This document shows, piece after piece, positions 61,100 through 64,000 of a DNA stretch of 64,000 nucleotides. Below the pieces are notes generated by a model. That model was given only the letters and a program-made list of their open reading frames with translations, had not been told where the DNA came from and did not search any database. Numbering within the stretch: the stretch's first letter is position 1; each line of letters opens with the position of its first letter. This stretch comes from Thermoproteota archaeon (GTDB lineage: Archaea > Thermoproteota > Nitrososphaeria_A > Caldarchaeales > Calditenuaceae): contig JAUQPU010000003.1 in the NCBI GenBank assembly GCA_030550235.1, positions 79,897 to 143,896 on the forward strand, in the 5' to 3' direction. The position numbers were made by a program, and so were the translations under genes.

Positions 61100-62229
61100 A
61101 CGGCTCGGAGCTTTTTAGCTTTAACCTCCTCGGGATAGCTGTGCTAATACATATCGCTTTCGTGAACATCACAATGGGGACTGGATTTATCTCGGCCATG
61201 GCCCGTTTCCTAGCATGGCGTCGAAGCGACCCGGGCCTTGAAATTATGTCGCGGCGCGTCTTCAAGATACTGATAGTTCATGAATTGTTCAGCGGGGTCT
61301 GGGGGACCGTCATCACCGTTGTTCTAGCCGCATTTTTCCCCACACTTCTAGCCATAGCAGTCGATGTCATGTTCTTCCCATTACTCATCGCATTGTCAGC
61401 TATCATAATAAGAATTCCGACCATAGCGCTTTTCTGGTATACGTGGGGTAAAGTGGAACCGCGCATCCACTCCGTCATAGGCTTTGTAATGGCCTTGTCA
61501 GGCTTCGCCGTGCCTATGGGCTTCAGATACATCTTCGCAGAGATAACCTATCCGCATGGGGTAAGCCTCGCGCTACAAAACCTGAAAGATGCTGCAAGGC
61601 TAGAGGTGTTCACCAACCCACTTTACCCACCGTTGATTCTCCATACATGGGCTGGCGCGCTCTCAATCGGCGGATTCATAACCGCGTCCTTCTTCACAAT
61701 CAAAGGCAACCTCTCGCCGAAATTTCTGTGGATAGGACTGTGGCATGGGGTCATCTTCCTTGCCGTACAACCGTTCATAGGCCTCTGGTATCTGACATCC
61801 CTAGGAACCTACGCGCGCGTCATATACAATAACGTTCTAGGCACAGTACATGCGACATTCAATCTTCTGCCTATGTTTGGTTTGAAGATCGCGGCTTTCG
61901 CCGGCCTCGCGGTCTTTTCGGCGCTGGTTTGGAGAAGGGTTAAGCGAGGGGAAGGCAGTGCCCCGCGTTACGCTCTCGTCCTCGGGCCCCTGGCGATGCT
62001 GATAGTGCTGGTCGGAGAGCTAATTAACGACGCCGGAAGATACCCCTTCCTCGTCTTACTCGGAGACACTGGTTTGCCGCCTTCTGTTTTCTCAAACCTT
62101 TACATCCAAATCCCATATCCACTGGTCCTAGCTATCCTCAGCGGTCTCGTTGTCTTCCTCTTCGGGTTTATGCTGACAGTTTACTACGCCCTCAACAAAC
62201 GGTTCCTGGTAGACCTGCCTGAGGTTTAA
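61096..62229 (+). CDS. Cytochrome bd-family oxidase subunit II, apparently a CydA paralogue (CydA'-type) rather than canonical CydB
   Basis: 4-nt overlap with cydA. Its N-terminus LGIAVLIHIAFVNITMGTGFISAMARFLAW parallels subunit I LGIYLHAFFVSVTLGFPIMISALLYAWW. Confidence 0.7.
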   Translation: MNGSELFSFNLLGIAVLIHIAFVNITMGTGFISAMARFLAWRRSDPGLEIMSRRVFKILIVHELFSGVWGTVITVVLAAFFPTLLAIAVDVMFFPLLIALSAIIIRIPTIALFWYTWGKVEPRIHSVIGFVMALSGFAVPMGFRYIFAEITYPHGVSLALQNLKDAARLEVFTNPLYPPLILHTWAGALSIGGFITASFFTIKGNLSPKFLWIGLWHGVIFLAVQPFIGLWYLTSLGTYARVIYNNVLGTVHATFNLLPMFGLKIAAFAGLAVFSALVWRRVKRGEGSAPRYALVLGPLAMLIVLVGELINDAGRYPFLVLLGDTGLPPSVFSNLYIQIPYPLVLAILSGLVVFLFGFMLTVYYALNKRFLVDLPEV

Positions 62230-62453
62230 CCCCAAAATTTATCTAGCCCAAACTCTTTAGAGTTTATTGAGTCGCTAGTAAATGAGGAGTATCCAGGGTT
62301 TAGGGGCTCTTAGAAAAAGAGGCACAGGCCGCTGGCAAGGATCTTGTGCTGAACAGCTAAATAGTCGGACGCCTGCGCATCTTCTGGGATCGAGCCCTCT
62401 CGCCCCCACTCCACTCATCACGACATAAACAACCCGGCGAGAGCTACAGGGAT

Positions 62454-62528
62454 GGGCCCGTAGCTCAGCCTGGCTGGAGCGTCCGGCTGATAACCGGAAG
62501 GTCGTGGGTTCGAATCCCACCGGGCCCA
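62454..62528 (+). tRNA. tRNA-Ile (anticodon GAT), no intron, CCA not encoded
   Basis: Hand-folded cloverleaf. The acceptor is GGGCCCG/CGGGCCC, the anticodon arm is TCCGG-CTGATAA-CCGGA and the T-arm is GTGGGTTCGAATCCCAC. Confidence 0.9.
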
Positions 62529-62641
62529 AGGGAATACAAAGTATTCATCTTCATTCTTTATTATTCACAGTTATAGTATAGTATGTGTTTTTCAATGATG
62601 GTTAAAATATTGACCGGGGTCTCCCTCGTCTGGAGATTTTT

Positions 62642-63874
62642 ATGGTGAGCAGGTGGGTCTATGTCTTTGCGGGACTCCTGGCTAATATCCTCCTCGGTAC
62701 AATCTATAGCTGGAGTGTCTTCAGGAAGCCTCTCGAATTGTTTGTCGGCTGGACGAGTTTAGAGTCAAGCATCCCCTTCTCAGTCTTTCTCCTGTTCTTT
62801 GCGGTTGGTATGCCGGTGAGTGGTCTATTGCTTAAAAGATACGGCGCGAGGAGGATTTCACCGTTAGGTGGGCTTCTTGTGGGTATTGGGTGGGCTCTAT
62901 CCGGTCTCTCATTGACGACAGAGAGCCCGCTACTTTATGTAACATTGTTTTATGGGGTTGTGGCGGGCTCTGGTGTTGCGATGGTTTACAACTCCACGAT
63001 AACTGTCTCAAGCCGGTGGATCCCGGAGAGGAGGGGGCTCGCGGTTGGCCTGACGGTTCTCGGCTTCGGCATCTCCCCCCTCGTGACAGCCCCTCTCGCA
63101 AACTATTTGATAACCTATCACGGGGTTGTGAATACATTCCTGGAGCTGGGAACGGCCTATGGGGCTGCTCTAATGGCTATCTCGGTGTTGATGGTGCTCC
63201 CGCCGGTTGAGCCTCGAGGCAGTAGCTCGGAGAAGAGTCTTTGGCAGGCAGTCCAGTCGAGCGAGTTTACACCCAGCATGATGGTTAGATCGAGATATTT
63301 TGTAGGCCTCTGGCTTGCTTATGCACTCGGGACCTTGGGAGGATTCATAGCTATCAGCCAGGCGGCTAAGTTTGGGCAGGAGGTTGTCAAGCTGAGCCCG
63401 GAGCTGGCGGCCGCGGCCACAGGGGTTTTCGCGATATTCAACGGGCTCGGTAGACCCTTGTTCGGACATCTAGGCGATAGAATGCAGATACACATAGTAT
63501 CTAGCCTCTCGTTCCTACTGGTCATCTTGGCTGCGTTACTGGCTACACAGAGTGAGACGTTCATCATCTACATGGCCTCCTACTCGATTCTCTGGCTTGT
63601 CTTCGGCGGCTGGCTTGCACTAGCACCCAAGGCCACATCAGTCTTTTTCGGCATACAAAACCTGTCTATCAACTATGGAATCGTATTCACAGCCTACGGA
63701 GCCTCCGCCATCGCAGGTCCAACACTAGCCGCAGCACTCTGGCAGCTTCTCGGGCACTACTCGCCAGTCTTTATGACGGTGGCAGCACTCAGCGGCCTCG
63801 GCCTAGTCATCTCGAACCTATTGCTTAGGCCGCCGGTAATTCCGAGAAGAATGGTTCTGTTAAAGACACGCTAG
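62642..63874 (+). CDS. MFS transporter, oxalate/formate antiporter (OFA)-like
   Basis: The N-terminus RWVYVFAGLLANILLGTIYSWSVF is typical of the OFA family. 12 TM helices. Confidence 0.8.
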   Translation: MVSRWVYVFAGLLANILLGTIYSWSVFRKPLELFVGWTSLESSIPFSVFLLFFAVGMPVSGLLLKRYGARRISPLGGLLVGIGWALSGLSLTTESPLLYVTLFYGVVAGSGVAMVYNSTITVSSRWIPERRGLAVGLTVLGFGISPLVTAPLANYLITYHGVVNTFLELGTAYGAALMAISVLMVLPPVEPRGSSSEKSLWQAVQSSEFTPSMMVRSRYFVGLWLAYALGTLGGFIAISQAAKFGQEVVKLSPELAAAATGVFAIFNGLGRPLFGHLGDRMQIHIVSSLSFLLVILAALLATQSETFIIYMASYSILWLVFGGWLALAPKATSVFFGIQNLSINYGIVFTAYGASAIAGPTLAAALWQLLGHYSPVFMTVAALSGLGLVISNLLLRPPVIPRRMVLLKTR

Positions 63875-64000
63875 TGGTTTTTTCAGGAGGGCTCAGATAC
63901 CCCAGGAGAATTCATCAGCTTTATCCTCCTTGAGTCCTACATCATCGCCTAACTCTCCAACCCATCCTCTTAGAGATAAATCTACATCCTGGTGGAGTGG

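Noticed and set aside
1-64000. A window-wide look for CRISPR repeats, IS/transposase or integrase genes, restriction-modification, toxin-antitoxin, CBASS/Argonaute-type defence genes, rRNA genes and tRNA introns.
   Set aside because: None was found by eye. All long ORFs are accounted for by housekeeping, respiratory or hypothetical membrane genes. The nucleotidyltransferase pair lacks any effector, HEPN or sensor partner that would justify a defence-system call.

Overview
This is a gene-dense chromosomal segment of about 55% G+C by spot counts, with roughly 68 protein genes and 2 intron-less tRNAs. It is clearly archaeal, most likely from a (hyper)thermophilic member of the Thermoproteota/Crenarchaeota. 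Diagnostic genes are Alba, ribosomal protein eS25, bifunctional fructose-1,6-bisphosphate aldolase/phosphatase, class I LysRS, archaeal D-aminoacyl-tRNA deacylase DtdA, a GPN-loop GTPase, Taw2/Trm5, AbrB-PhoU regulators, archaeal PPAT, a family-5 uracil-DNA glycosylase and a DUF373 membrane protein. Content is mostly housekeeping: translation and tRNA quality control, NAD, GMP and CoA synthesis, and sugar-nucleotide genes. Respiratory modules are interspersed: scattered complex I genes nuoA-nuoH, a nuoI-like gene and nuoM; a Tat-exported Psr/Ttr-type molybdopterin oxidoreductase operon ABC; and a cytochrome bd-family oxidase operon. Genes are tightly packed, with many 1-8 nt overlaps (ATGA/GTGA). 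I found no CRISPR array, transposase, integrase, restriction-modification, toxin-antitoxin or recognisable defence genes, so this is not a classic accessory island. Five items deserve the most follow-up. (1) A 169-aa HEAT-repeat protein downstream of nuoH looks like one half of eukaryotic deoxyhypusine hydroxylase, including two His-Glu motifs. (2) An MtnK-like kinase is translationally coupled to a divergent enolase paralogue in a lower-G+C block. (3) An unannotated 41-codon hyper-acidic ORF has Trp at heptad spacing. (4) A NuoI-like ferredoxin and the PsrB-like subunit both carry large insertions between their Fe-S motifs. (5) A NusA-like KH/Zn-ribbon gene has a reading frame displaced by one base immediately after its SD-preceded ATG. 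All functional calls rest on motif recognition by eye. No database search was possible.
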